Assembly (NCBI GenBank): GCA_963664825.1
Contig: OY761614.1
Location: forward strand, 1,440,001-1,504,000
Length of the DNA stretch: 64,000 nt
From: an uncultured Holophaga sp.
GTDB taxonomy: Bacteria; Acidobacteriota; Holophagae; Holophagales; Holophagaceae
Direction of reading: 5' to 3'
A program made the translations under genes and the position numbers. Below are positions 38,767 to 51,008 of this stretch, piece after piece; the stretch's first letter is position 1, and each line of letters opens with the position of its first letter. Below the pieces are notes generated by a model. The model made no database searches and had not been told where the DNA came from. It saw only the letters and a list, made by a program, of their open reading frames with translations.

Positions 38767-41406
38767 TTACTCCAACCCGAGCTTCTGGGGCACTCCGCTC
38801 TCGTCGGGCCCAGGCTGGGCGGTCTCAGCCTCGGCCGCCAGGTCCAAGTCCTCTTCGTCTTCCAAGGCCTGCACACTGGCATCGATCATGGCTAGACCTA
38901 CCACCCGGTCCTCCTTGGTGGGGAGATTGAGCAGCTTGACACCCAGGGCGGCGCGGCCCGTTTTGCGCACCTCGTCGATGGCAAAGCGGATGACCATGCC
39001 TTCCTGGCTGATGAGGAGACAACCCTCCCCGGGCTTGACCAGTACGGATCCAACCACATGGCCGTTGCGCACACCGGCGCGAATATTAATGACGCCTGTG
39101 CCACCCCGACCCTGGAGCCGGTAATCCTGAAGCAGGCTGCGCTTGCCATAGCCCTTTTCTGTGACCGTCAGGAGCATGCCATGGGCTTCGGTGCTTTCAT
39201 CGGCCTCTTCGCCCTCGGGCAGATCGGGCAATGGATCAGCCACCTGCATATCCACGATCTGGTCGCCGGAACCCAGGCGCATGCCGCGTACGCCCGTGGC
39301 TGTGCGGCCCATGGCCCGGACATCCTCTTCGCCGAAACGAATGGCCTTGCCCTGAGCGCTGATCAACAATATCTGCTGCTGACCATTGGAGACCCGCACG
39401 CTGATCAGGCGATTGCCGTCATCGATATTCAAGGCGATGAGGCCGTTGCTGCGGATATTGGCGTAGGCACTGAGAACCGTCTTCTTCACCGTGCCATCAC
39501 TGGTAGCGAAGACCAGGTAATGGTCCTCAGAGAAGTCCCTCAGGGCCATGAGGGTGACGACCTTCTCGTCATCCTTGAGGCTGATGAGGTTCTTGATGTG
39601 TTTGCCGCGATTAGCAGCCCCGCTCTCCGGGATATCGTAGACCTTGATGGCATGGGCGTAGCCCCGGTCCGTGAAGATGAGCAGGGTGTCGTGAGCCTTG
39701 GTGAGGAAGAGCTGTTCGACAAAGTCCTCATCCTTGGTCTTCATACCCAGCTTGCCCTTGCCGCCCCGCTTCTGGCGGCGGTAGCTGGAGAGCTCTGTGC
39801 GCTTGATGTAGCCCGCCTTCGACATAGTGATGGCCATAGGATCATCCGGAACCACATCCTCCATGCGGATATCGCCGGTAAAACTGACGATCTCGGTGCG
39901 ACGGGGGTCCCCGAACTGATCACTGATGGCCTGCAGCTCGCCCTTAATCACGGACATCAGCAGATTGTCGTCGGAAAGAATGGCCTTCATGTAGGCGATG
40001 ATCTTCTCGATTTCGGCAAGTTCTTCGAGGATCTTATCTCGCTCCAGGCCCGTGAGACGCTGAAGGCGCATATCCAGAATGGCCTGGGCCTGCTTATCGG
40101 AAAGGGCAAGGGCGGGGTTCTTCTTGAGGGCAGCTGGAGTGGCGAAGGCGCCGGTCATGAGACCCGCCTTGGCTTCTTCGGGACTTTCCGCGGCGCGGAT
40201 CAGCTTGATGACCGCGTCCAGCCAGTCCAGAGCGGTCTTGAGGCCCAAGAGGATGTGATGGCGGTCTTCGGCCTTCCGGAGCTGGAACATCGTCCGGCGC
40301 GTCACCACCTCCCGGCGGAAGCCGATGAACTCCTTGAGGATTTCCCTCAGGGTGCAGACCCGGGGCCTTCCGTTCACGATGCAGAGCATGGTGATGGGGA
40401 AGCTGCTCTGGAGAGGGGTCAATTGGTAGAGCTGGTTGAGCACGATATCGCTGGGCTCGTTCTTCTTGAGCTCCACCACTAGGCGGATGCCCTCCCGGTC
40501 CGACTCGTCCCGGAGGTCCCCGATGCCTTCGATCTTTTTTTCGTGGACGAGCTCGGCGATCCTCTCGGTGAGGGTGGCCTTGTTCACCTGGTAGGGCAGT
40601 TCCGTGAAGACCAACTGCTCGATTTCGCCCTTGTTCTTCACCCGCAGATTCTCAACGTGGGATTTGGCGCGCACGATGCAACGGCCACGTCCAGTGCGAT
40701 AAGCATTCACGACGCCTTCGGTGCCCAACATCAAACCACCGAGAGGGAAATCGGGGCCCTTGATGTATTCCATGAGGTCCTCTAGACCCAGCGTGGGGTT
40801 GTCGATGAGGGCCATGAGGGCGCTGCAGCACTCCCTCAGATTGTGGGGCGGGATACTGGTGGCCATGCCCACGGCGATGCCCTGACTGCCATTGACTAGC
40901 AGGTTCGGGAAGCGAGTCGGCAAAACGAGAGGCTCTTCGAGGCTGTCGTCGTAGTTGGGGCCGAAATCCACAGTGTCCTGATCGATGTCCTCCAGCATTT
41001 CGGAGGCCACCCGGGACATGCGGGCTTCGGTGTAGCGCATGGCGGCCGCGCTATCGCCATCGATGGAACCGAAGTTTCCCTGACCATCCACCAGGGGGTG
41101 GCGCATGGAGAAGGGTTGCGCCAAGCGAACCAAGGTGTCGTAGATGGCGGTGTCACCGTGGGGATGGTACTTGCCCATCACATCACCGACCGTGCGGGCC
41201 GATTTGCGGTAGGGGCGGTTCCACAGGTTGCCGGTTTCATTCATGGAGAAGAGCACCCGGCGATGCACGGGCTTGAGGCCATCACGGACGTCCGGTAGGG
41301 CGCGGCCCACGATCACGCTCATGGAGTAATCGAGGTAGGACTTCCGCATCTCCCTTTCGAGTTCGATGGGTTCGATGCGCTGGGGCTTAGGCTGCTGTTG
41401 TTCCAC
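38767..41406 (-). CDS. gyrA: DNA gyrase subunit A
   Basis: [41 protein letters not shown], GyrA box QKRGGKG. Confidence 0.98.
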   Translation of the reverse strand: MEQQQPKPQRIEPIELEREMRKSYLDYSMSVIVGRALPDVRDGLKPVHRRVLFSMNETGNLWNRPYRKSARTVGDVMGKYHPHGDTAIYDTLVRLAQPFSMRHPLVDGQGNFGSIDGDSAAAMRYTEARMSRVASEMLEDIDQDTVDFGPNYDDSLEEPLVLPTRFPNLLVNGSQGIAVGMATSIPPHNLRECCSALMALIDNPTLGLEDLMEYIKGPDFPLGGLMLGTEGVVNAYRTGRGRCIVRAKSHVENLRVKNKGEIEQLVFTELPYQVNKATLTERIAELVHEKKIEGIGDLRDESDREGIRLVVELKKNEPSDIVLNQLYQLTPLQSSFPITMLCIVNGRPRVCTLREILKEFIGFRREVVTRRTMFQLRKAEDRHHILLGLKTALDWLDAVIKLIRAAESPEEAKAGLMTGAFATPAALKKNPALALSDKQAQAILDMRLQRLTGLERDKILEELAEIEKIIAYMKAILSDDNLLMSVIKGELQAISDQFGDPRRTEIVSFTGDIRMEDVVPDDPMAITMSKAGYIKRTELSSYRRQKRGGKGKLGMKTKDEDFVEQLFLTKAHDTLLIFTDRGYAHAIKVYDIPESGAANRGKHIKNLISLKDDEKVVTLMALRDFSEDHYLVFATSDGTVKKTVLSAYANIRSNGLIALNIDDGNRLISVRVSNGQQQILLISAQGKAIRFGEEDVRAMGRTATGVRGMRLGSGDQIVDMQVADPLPDLPEGEEADESTEAHGMLLTVTEKGYGKRSLLQDYRLQGRGGTGVINIRAGVRNGHVVGSVLVKPGEGCLLISQEGMVIRFAIDEVRKTGRAALGVKLLNLPTKEDRVVGLAMIDASVQALEDEEDLDLAAEAETAQPGPDESGVPQKLGLE

Positions 41407-41414
41407 GTGGAACC
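41399..41414. other. parS site overlapping the gyrA start codon
   Basis: TGTTCCACGTGGAACC. The gyrA GTG (41404-41406, minus strand) lies within the palindrome core. Confidence 0.85.
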
Positions 41415-41430
41415 TCTATTTAAAAATTCG

Positions 41431-41498
41431 CCACCAAGGACACAAAGAGCGCGCCAGGGACACCGGGTTTCCCCAGGTGTCCTCGGCGATCTTGGTGG
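41431..41498. repeat. Imperfect palindromic intergenic element between gyrB and gyrA
   Basis: CCACCAAG pairs with CTTGGTGG; CGCCAGGGACACC pairs with GGTGTCCTCGGCG. Confidence 0.6.
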
Positions 41499-44075
<2,577 letters not shown>

Positions 44076-44079
44076 TCAC

Positions 44080-45207
44080 TCAGCCTGGATTGGCAAATTT
44101 CACGGGCATGAGGATGTAACGGAAGCTCATGTCTTCGAGGCTGGGTGACATGAAGATGCCCTGGCCCACGTCATCCTTGAACTGATAGACAACTTCGTCG
44201 CCAGGGACCCGCTCTAGCAGCTCCGTGAGGTAATCGATGTTGAAAGCCAGCTCTAGCGGCTGTTCTTCTCCTGTGAAGCTGATCAGGCCTTGGTTCATGC
44301 CTTCATCGGGGTGTTGGAAATAGACCCGGAGATTGGGAAATTCGAAAAAGAGCCGAACGTTCTTGTTGTAGTCGTCCTTCTTGAGGCCCACGATCCGCAG
44401 GGTCCGGAGGAAATCCTCCCGATCGATGATCACGCGTTTGGGCAAATCGGCGGGCAGCACCTTCTCGTAAGCCGGATAGTTTCCCGTGACCCTGCGGGTG
44501 CTGAATTTGAGGCCAGGCTGATCCATGAAGAGACTGCGATCATCCCAGGAAAGGGTCAACTGGCCATCGTCTCCCAGGGATCCTGGGAGTAGATCCAGCG
44601 CCCTCTTGGGCACGATCAGCCGTGCCTCAGCCGCCAGTTCGGTCTTCAAGGGAAGCTCAACGACCGCCAAACGGAATCCATCCGTGGATACCACGCGGAT
44701 GAAGTCCTTGGAGAGGTGAAGTAGAACCCCCGAGAGGGCAGGCTTGGTTGCGTCCTTGCTGACGGCGATAGAGCCCAACTGGATGGCCTTCCGGAAGGCC
44801 TGGGACGAGACCTGGATGGAGGGCAGATCGGGACCTGGTTTAGGTAGTTCCGGGAATCCTTCCCCGGGTTGAATGTTGTGTTCCGAATTGAACCCCTTGG
44901 CTCTCAGCCAGAGGCGGTTACCGGCCTCCGGCCATTCGAGCGTCAGAAGCCCATCGGGATAGACCCGCACGGTTTCGATGAACTTCTTCCCAGGGATGGC
45001 CGAGACCCGGCTGCCTTGGCCCTCCACTGGAACCGTGGCCTCGAAGGCCAGTTCCATATCCGTGGCCTTGAGGGTCATTTCCTGGTCCTCCACCTCCACC
45101 AGCACGTGCTGGAGGATAGGCAGGGTGACTCGCCGTTCCAGAGCGTGCTTGAGGATCCCGAGGGTCCTGTCTAGACGTTCTTTGGAAACCTGTACTTGAA
45201 AGTTCAT
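44080..45207 (-). CDS. dnaN: DNA polymerase III beta sliding clamp
   Basis: LPILQHVL, ATDME, STDGFRLA, FNIDYL, YILMPV. Downstream of dnaA. Confidence 0.95.
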   Translation of the reverse strand: MNFQVQVSKERLDRTLGILKHALERRVTLPILQHVLVEVEDQEMTLKATDMELAFEATVPVEGQGSRVSAIPGKKFIETVRVYPDGLLTLEWPEAGNRLWLRAKGFNSEHNIQPGEGFPELPKPGPDLPSIQVSSQAFRKAIQLGSIAVSKDATKPALSGVLLHLSKDFIRVVSTDGFRLAVVELPLKTELAAEARLIVPKRALDLLPGSLGDDGQLTLSWDDRSLFMDQPGLKFSTRRVTGNYPAYEKVLPADLPKRVIIDREDFLRTLRIVGLKKDDYNKNVRLFFEFPNLRVYFQHPDEGMNQGLISFTGEEQPLELAFNIDYLTELLERVPGDEVVYQFKDDVGQGIFMSPSLEDMSFRYILMPVKFANPG

Positions 45208-45466
45208 GAATCACCCTGATCGTATTGAAGACGCTTTAGGGTTGCGGATAACGAGCACAAACCCTGATTCTACCTCGGAAAAGCGGTCCCGACCACCTGT
45301 GGATGGACCCCCCCGAGCTGCGGATTTCCAAGTTGGAACCTTGGTTCAGTCGGGCTTCCGCAATGGCTTCCGCAGGCGGTTTCCCGCGGAATTGTGGAAA
45401 AGGGGAGGAATGGCCTTTGAAATCAACTAATACTGTTAAGGAGGGACTGCACCCGTTTGTGGAAAT
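45208..45466. other. Probable oriC: DnaA-box cluster in the dnaA-dnaN gap
   Basis: On the minus strand: TTTTCCACA (45393-45401, consensus), TTATCCGCA (45243-45251), CCATCCACA (45298-45306), AAATCCGCA (45319-45327), ATTTCCACA (45458-45466). Confidence 0.7.
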
Positions 45467-46805
45467 CCTGGTCCTTCTGCATCCGGTGCTTCACCGAGTC
45501 GATGGCGTTCATCACCGTGCTATGGTGCATGTTATTGAATGATCTACCTATATCACTAAAGGACATGGCCGTGAGCTCCCGGGCGAGGTACATCGCGACC
45601 TGGCGAGGCAGCAGGATAGCTTGTTGCCTGGATCTCTTCTTCATGAGGTCCATGTAAGCGATGTTGTACGTCTCCGCCGTCATCCTACAGATGCGCTCCA
45701 GAGAGACGCCTGAAGTGGCCTCTTCCCCTGTTTGACCCAGGAAGGCTTGGTGGGCGATCTCGAGGCTGGGTGGTACCCCCAGGAAGCTGCTTTGAAATAC
45801 CACCCTGGTCAGGAGGCCTTCCAGGTCTCGGACACTCCCTTTGGCCTTGTGGCCGATGAAGGTGAGCACATCCTCTGGAACCGGTGGGAGGTCCTTGAAG
45901 ACTTCGTCCTCCAATTTTTTCTTAAGGATGGCCACCCGGGTTTCGAAATCCGGGGGTTGGATGTCGGCCGTGAGGCCCCATTTGCACCGGGTGCGAAGAC
46001 GGTCATGGAGCCCTTCTAGGCGCTCTGGTGGCTTATCAGACGTGATGACGATGGTTTTCCCGTATTGAAGTAGATATTCCAAGATGTAGAAGATTTCTTC
46101 CTGGGTGCGCTCCATGCGGCCGAGGGTCTGCACGTCATCTAAGAGCAGGATATCGTTCTGCTGGTATTTCTTCCGCAGGGCGTCTGTGCTCTTAGTTTTG
46201 ATGGCCACCGTGAATTCATTGAAGAAATTATCCACCTTGAGATAGGCCGCCTTCAGGCTGGGGTTGCGGGCTAGGAGCCCCTTCCCGATGCCGATCATGA
46301 GATGGGTCTTTCCCAGCCCCGAACCGCCATAAATAAAAAGCGGATTCATATTGAGCGTGGCATTGGACTTGCCATGATTTTCTACGACGGCGTTGGCTGC
46401 CGCGAAGGCCAACTGGCTCCCGGGGCCCACCACGAAGCGATCCAGGGTGTAGCGGTGGAAACCCTGGGGAAAAGGGGAATCCGGATTGGCGCTCTCCGCA
46501 GGAGATGCGGCCTTGCCTTTTCCGGTCGCCTTCGGCGCAGGAATTGGCGCGTCCCCTGCGATCGTGAAGGCGAGGCGGAGCTGCGGCATGTCGCATTGGA
46601 CGAGCGCATCGTGGAATTCCTCGGCCAACTGCTGCTCGATCCAGACCCGAGCCGAAGGGCTGGATGTCTGAATCCACAGGGTTGTGCCATCGAAATTGAT
46701 GGCACGGCAGGGCTCGATCCAGTCCTGGAAGGTCCTCTCAGGGAGTCTAGACGCGAGACCCTTTCGGAGAGAGTCCCAGATTGCTTGTGGGTCATTCGCA
46801 GACAT
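45423..46805 (-). CDS. dnaA: Chromosomal replication initiator protein
   Basis: NPLFIYGGSGLGKTHL, LLLDDVQ, TSDKPP, VRDLEG, PRQVAMYL, HSTV. Confidence 0.97.
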   Translation of the reverse strand: MSANDPQAIWDSLRKGLASRLPERTFQDWIEPCRAINFDGTTLWIQTSSPSARVWIEQQLAEEFHDALVQCDMPQLRLAFTIAGDAPIPAPKATGKGKAASPAESANPDSPFPQGFHRYTLDRFVVGPGSQLAFAAANAVVENHGKSNATLNMNPLFIYGGSGLGKTHLMIGIGKGLLARNPSLKAAYLKVDNFFNEFTVAIKTKSTDALRKKYQQNDILLLDDVQTLGRMERTQEEIFYILEYLLQYGKTIVITSDKPPERLEGLHDRLRTRCKWGLTADIQPPDFETRVAILKKKLEDEVFKDLPPVPEDVLTFIGHKAKGSVRDLEGLLTRVVFQSSFLGVPPSLEIAHQAFLGQTGEEATSGVSLERICRMTAETYNIAYMDLMKKRSRQQAILLPRQVAMYLARELTAMSFSDIGRSFNNMHHSTVMNAIDSVKHRMQKDQDFHKRVQSLLNSIS

Positions 46806-47019
46806 GGAGAACACCGCCCGGTACCAGGTGAGTCCGCCCAGGACCCAGTGAAAGTGCCCATCCATGAAAAGGGCTGGGCGCGAATGCTGGTGGCGGGGGA
46901 AACCACTTTACCATCCGGTCCCGGATGCAGGAAAGCTCTTTGGGCTTGAGTCAGAGGAAAACCGCTGGTAGGCTCGAAGGTTCGCCCCTCCCTTCAGGAA
47001 CGGGCCCAAGAGGTCGACG

Positions 47020-47154
47020 ATGAAGCGCACTTTCCAGCCCAATAACCGCCGCCGCGCCAAGACCCATGGCTTCCTGAGCCGTATGAAGACCAAGAATGGC
47101 CGCATGGTGCTGAAGCGCCGTCGGGCCAAGGGTCGGCACGTTCTCGCCCTGTAG
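47020..47154 (+). CDS. rpmH: 50S ribosomal protein L34
   Basis: Read from the sequence (below track cutoff): [44 protein letters not shown]. Confidence 0.97.
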   Translation: MKRTFQPNNRRRAKTHGFLSRMKTKNGRMVLKRRRAKGRHVLAL

Positions 47155-47159
47155 TCCTC

Positions 47160-47525
47160 GTGCGCGTCGCTGGGCGCTACCGGGTGGTCCAGAGAATGGA
47201 TCATGCCGTTCCCGAGCGGCCTCCCAGGCCTTTCACGCCTCGGGAAAGCCCACTGGACATACGGATCTGGGCACACCCAAACGAATCCATGCCCCTGCTT
47301 CTGGTGAACGCCTCCAGGAAGCAGGGGCAGGCTGTGTTTCGGAATCGTTTTCGACGCAGGGTGCGCATGGCCTTCCTGCAGGTTCTCCGTTCGGACCCGG
47401 GATTGGCCCCGTTCAGCGGTGTTGTTTGGGTAAGGCCTGCCCGAGGTGCCCGAAAGGGGTGTGATATCCCCTATGCTGATATTGCGGACCAGTTGACCCT
47501 GGCCCTTCGCCGTTGGAAGGCCTGA
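47160..47525 (+). CDS. rnpA: Ribonuclease P protein component (divergent)
   Basis: SRKQGQAVFRNRFRRRVR (RNR motif). Canonical position between rpmH and yidC. Confidence 0.8.
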   Translation: MRVAGRYRVVQRMDHAVPERPPRPFTPRESPLDIRIWAHPNESMPLLLVNASRKQGQAVFRNRFRRRVRMAFLQVLRSDPGLAPFSGVVWVRPARGARKGCDIPYADIADQLTLALRRWKA

Positions 47526-49135
47526 TGAAAAACAAGAACTTCCTGCTCTTCATCGTCCTCAGCATGGGACTGTATGGGATCTACTACCTCCTGACGCCGA
47601 AGGTGCAGCCTCCGGCTGTTCCTGCGCCCCAGGTTCAAGTTGCCGAGACCCCGGCCCAGGCTCCTGCACTTCAGACCCCTTCGGCCATCCCCGGCCTCGT
47701 CACGGGTCTGGATGCCCAGGCTCTCTTCACCTTTGAAAACCCTGACCTGAAACTCACGTGGCGCAAGCAGGACGGGGCTCTGCTCCAGGCTGTTTGGAAG
47801 CAGGACGGCACCAAGTTCTTCCCTGGTGAACACCGGGACAAGAAGACGGGCCAGCTCCTGGCACCAGCCTTCATCGGGATCGGCGGCACCCTGGATTCCC
47901 GCTTCGAGGGGGAACCTGAGGTTCAGGCCAACGATGGGGCCGATACCATCAGCTTCCACAATGCCCTCGGGGAGCGCCTATCCTATCGGCTGCCTCGGAA
48001 GGGTCATGTCCTGGACATGGAATGGTCCTCTCCTCGGGGCGGCAAGCTCTTTCTGTTGAGGGCGCTTTCCGATATCCCCAAGGCTCGGGATCCCCGCACC
48101 GGCGAGGAAGTGGAGCTTAATCCCCTCCATAGCCTGGACCGGGTCTTCACCCTGGAAGATAAAAACATCGAGGCCGTGGCCTGGATGAAGATCTTGAAAG
48201 ACCCCTGGAATAGTTTTATGGGCGGAAAGCGGAAGGTGCTTCCCCCTGCCAGCCGTCGCCTGGGTATGGACGCGGGGATTGATGGCGATAAGGGTTCCCA
48301 ACGCACCCATTTCTTCGTCGCCCTCTGGGAAGCCGGCCAGCCAGTCATTCGGGACATCCCTGGCTACCTGCTGGCCCCGGACGCCAGTGGCCACGCCCAG
48401 GCTCGCCTCTATCTGGGCCCCAAGCATAAGCCCGAGCTTGAAGCCTTCGGTAAGCCCTTCACCCAGGTCATGGACTTCGGATTCTTTGGGCTCGTGGCCA
48501 AGGCCATGTTCTGGATCCTCCTTAATATCCAGACGGTGGTGCCCAACTGGGGCTGGGCCATCGTGATCTTCTCGGTGTTATTGCGCCTGGCCCTCTGGCC
48601 TCTCAACAACAAGACCACTATCCAACTCCTACGCATGAAGGACCTGGAACCTCATCAGAAGGCCCTCCAGGCCAAGTACGAGAAGTTTGGTAACGATATG
48701 CAGAAGAAGGCCGAGATGCAGAAGGAGCTGATGGCCTTCTACAAGAAGAACGGCCACAACCCCATGGGAGGCTGCCTGCCCATGCTCCTCCAGATGCCCG
48801 TTTTCTTCGCCCTCTGGTCCATGTTGAGCGCCGTCTTCGAGCTGCGTCAGGCCCATTGGATCTTCTGGATCCGGGATCTCTCGGCCCCCGACAAGTTCTA
48901 TCTACTGCCCATCCTCTTGGGCGTCTCCATGATCGCCCAGCAGATGATGACCCCCGCCACCGGGGATCCCGCCCAGCGGAAGATGATGATGTTCCTCATG
49001 CCGGTGATGATGACCTTCTTCTTTGCCAATACCCCTGCGGGGCTCTGCCTCTACTACCTCATCTTCAACCTCATCGGCATGGGGCAGACCTGGTGGGTGA
49101 TGCGGAACTACAAGCCCCAGCCTGTGGTGATCTGA
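47525..49135 (+). CDS. yidC: Membrane protein insertase
   Basis: N-terminal TM, LYLGPK, DFGFF, NWGWAIV, NPMGGCLPMLLQMPVFFAL, WIRDLSAPD, PAGLCLYY. Confidence 0.95.
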   Translation: MKNKNFLLFIVLSMGLYGIYYLLTPKVQPPAVPAPQVQVAETPAQAPALQTPSAIPGLVTGLDAQALFTFENPDLKLTWRKQDGALLQAVWKQDGTKFFPGEHRDKKTGQLLAPAFIGIGGTLDSRFEGEPEVQANDGADTISFHNALGERLSYRLPRKGHVLDMEWSSPRGGKLFLLRALSDIPKARDPRTGEEVELNPLHSLDRVFTLEDKNIEAVAWMKILKDPWNSFMGGKRKVLPPASRRLGMDAGIDGDKGSQRTHFFVALWEAGQPVIRDIPGYLLAPDASGHAQARLYLGPKHKPELEAFGKPFTQVMDFGFFGLVAKAMFWILLNIQTVVPNWGWAIVIFSVLLRLALWPLNNKTTIQLLRMKDLEPHQKALQAKYEKFGNDMQKKAEMQKELMAFYKKNGHNPMGGCLPMLLQMPVFFALWSMLSAVFELRQAHWIFWIRDLSAPDKFYLLPILLGVSMIAQQMMTPATGDPAQRKMMMFLMPVMMTFFFANTPAGLCLYYLIFNLIGMGQTWWVMRNYKPQPVVI

Positions 49136-49152
49136 AGTCTCCTGGAGGACCC

Positions 49153-49617
49153 ATGCGAAAGGCTATTTCCCTGGAAGCCCTGCCGGAAGTCGCAACGGCC
49201 TGGTGTGAACAGCTCGGTTTCAATGTGAAAGCACGGTATCAGCCCTCTGGGGACGAAGAACTCTTCCCGAACCGGATGGTGCTTGAGGGTGCGGACGCCC
49301 AGTGTCTGCTCGCCAACAAGGGCCAGGCCCTGGATGCCCTGCAGTTCGTGCTCCATGAAGTCCAGGGGGAGCGAGAAGAAGCTCGGCTGGCCTACCTGGA
49401 TGTCCAGGGTTTCAGGCTCTTCCGGATGACCGAGGTCAAGGCCATGGCCTCCATGGCCGCTGAGAAGACGCGGCAGACGGGTAGCTATACCTTTGCGTCC
49501 CTGAGCCCCCGGGAACGCCGCTGGGTCCACCTCTCGGTGGCTCGGGAGGAAGGCTTGAGCACCGAGAGTGAGGGCATCGGAACCTTGAAGGCCCTGAAGG
49601 TGTTCAAGACGGTCTGA
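49153..49617 (+). CDS. jag: Jag/KhpB-like RNA-binding protein (KH + R3H, short form)
   Basis: GQALDALQF, LSPRERRWVH, TESEG. GGAGG RBS. Canonical position. Confidence 0.8.
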   Translation: MRKAISLEALPEVATAWCEQLGFNVKARYQPSGDEELFPNRMVLEGADAQCLLANKGQALDALQFVLHEVQGEREEARLAYLDVQGFRLFRMTEVKAMASMAAEKTRQTGSYTFASLSPRERRWVHLSVAREEGLSTESEGIGTLKALKVFKTV

Positions 49618-49623
49618 AGTCCC

Positions 49624-50925
49624 GTGACCGATCCCATCTGTGCCCCCGCCACCCCTCTTTTCCCAAGCGCGGTGGCCATTGTCAGGGTGTCTGGACAATC
49701 CCTGTCCAAGACCCTGGAGCCATTGTTGCGCCTGCCTGCTGGCCGGGGCATGGAACTGCACTGGATCACCTGGGAGGTCTACCGCGAACGGGCTCTTGTG
49801 CTCTTCTTTCCTGCGCCCGCCAGTTATACGGGAGAAGATCTTGTGGAATTCCAACTCCATGGGAATCCCCTCCTTGTGCGCCGTTTTCTCGAACACCTGG
49901 GCCGCCTGGGAGTCCGTCTGGCCAAGCCCGGGGAATTCACGCAGCGGGCCCTCCTGAATGGAAAGCAGTCCCTCCTGGAGGTCGAGGCCCTGAGGGATCT
50001 GGTATCTGCCGCCACCGATACCCAGCTGCGCATGGCCCAGGCCCGCTCCGGCTCCTGCCCTGAGTGGATCAGGGGAGCCAAGGCCCGGCTTGCACCCTGG
50101 GTAGCCAGGGCCGAGGCTGTGGTCGACTATGGGGAAGATGAAGATATCAGTATTGATATCAATAAAATGGAATCCGATATCCAGCTGCTCTGGCGGACGT
50201 TCCACGTGGAACAGTTGAGGAGTTCGGCCGCCCGCTGGCTGCGGGATGGGATCCGGATCGCCTTGGTGGGACGGCCCAACGCAGGGAAGAGCACCCTTTT
50301 TAATGCCCTAGTGGGAGAGGACCGGGCCATCGTCACGGAGATCCCGGGAACCACCCGGGATGTGTTGGAGATCCGCACCGAATGGGCGGGGCTGCCCCTC
50401 TATCTTTTCGATACGGCGGGCCTGCGCAACACCGAGGACCCCATCGAGCGCCTGGGGGTGGCCCGGGTGGCGGCCGTGCTGGAGGAGGTGGACCTCATCC
50501 TCCATCTCCTGCCCGTGATGGACGAGGGCCCGGACCCGGAGATCCTCGACCGGTTGGCCCCCTTCCATGGCAAGGTGTTGGAAATTAGGACTTTCGGGGA
50601 CCAGATGAAGGGCGGCCAGGGCCTGGTGGTTTCGGCTTCTGTGGGGGATCTATCTGCCCTAGAGGTGGCCCTCAAGGAACGCTTCCTGGGAGCTCTTGCC
50701 CCGGACGCCTGCCTGGGTGCCCTGGCGACCCAGCGGCAGCGGGAACTACTCCAGGAACTCCTCCTTCAGGCAGATCTCCTGATCGGGCTTCCCCTGGACT
50801 CTCCTCCCGAACTCGCTGCTTCCGCCCTGCAGGGCATGTGGGCTCTCCTGGCACGACTGACAGGGGAGGACCGGGTGGAGAGTACCCTGGACCAAGTGTT
50901 CAGCGGCTTCTGCCTGGGCAAGTGA
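49624..50925 (+). CDS. mnmE: tRNA modification GTPase
   Basis: PASYTGED, PGEFTQRALLNGK, GRPNAGKST, PGTTRD, DTAG, FSGFCLGK. Confidence 0.95.
   Translation: MTDPICAPATPLFPSAVAIVRVSGQSLSKTLEPLLRLPAGRGMELHWITWEVYRERALVLFFPAPASYTGEDLVEFQLHGNPLLVRRFLEHLGRLGVRLAKPGEFTQRALLNGKQSLLEVEALRDLVSAATDTQLRMAQARSGSCPEWIRGAKARLAPWVARAEAVVDYGEDEDISIDINKMESDIQLLWRTFHVEQLRSSAARWLRDGIRIALVGRPNAGKSTLFNALVGEDRAIVTEIPGTTRDVLEIRTEWAGLPLYLFDTAGLRNTEDPIERLGVARVAAVLEEVDLILHLLPVMDEGPDPEILDRLAPFHGKVLEIRTFGDQMKGGQGLVVSASVGDLSALEVALKERFLGALAPDACLGALATQRQRELLQELLLQADLLIGLPLDSPPELAASALQGMWALLARLTGEDRVESTLDQVFSGFCLGK
50198..50213. other. parS site inside mnmE
   Basis: CGTTCCACGTGGAACA (encodes part of TFHVEQ). Confidence 0.85.
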
Positions 50926-51008
50926 GAGTCGTTGTAACGAAAGAACCGGAAAGGCATCGGTGCTTCGTTATGGCCCCCAAGGGCTAAGATGGTGTCCATG
51001 GAGTGTGT

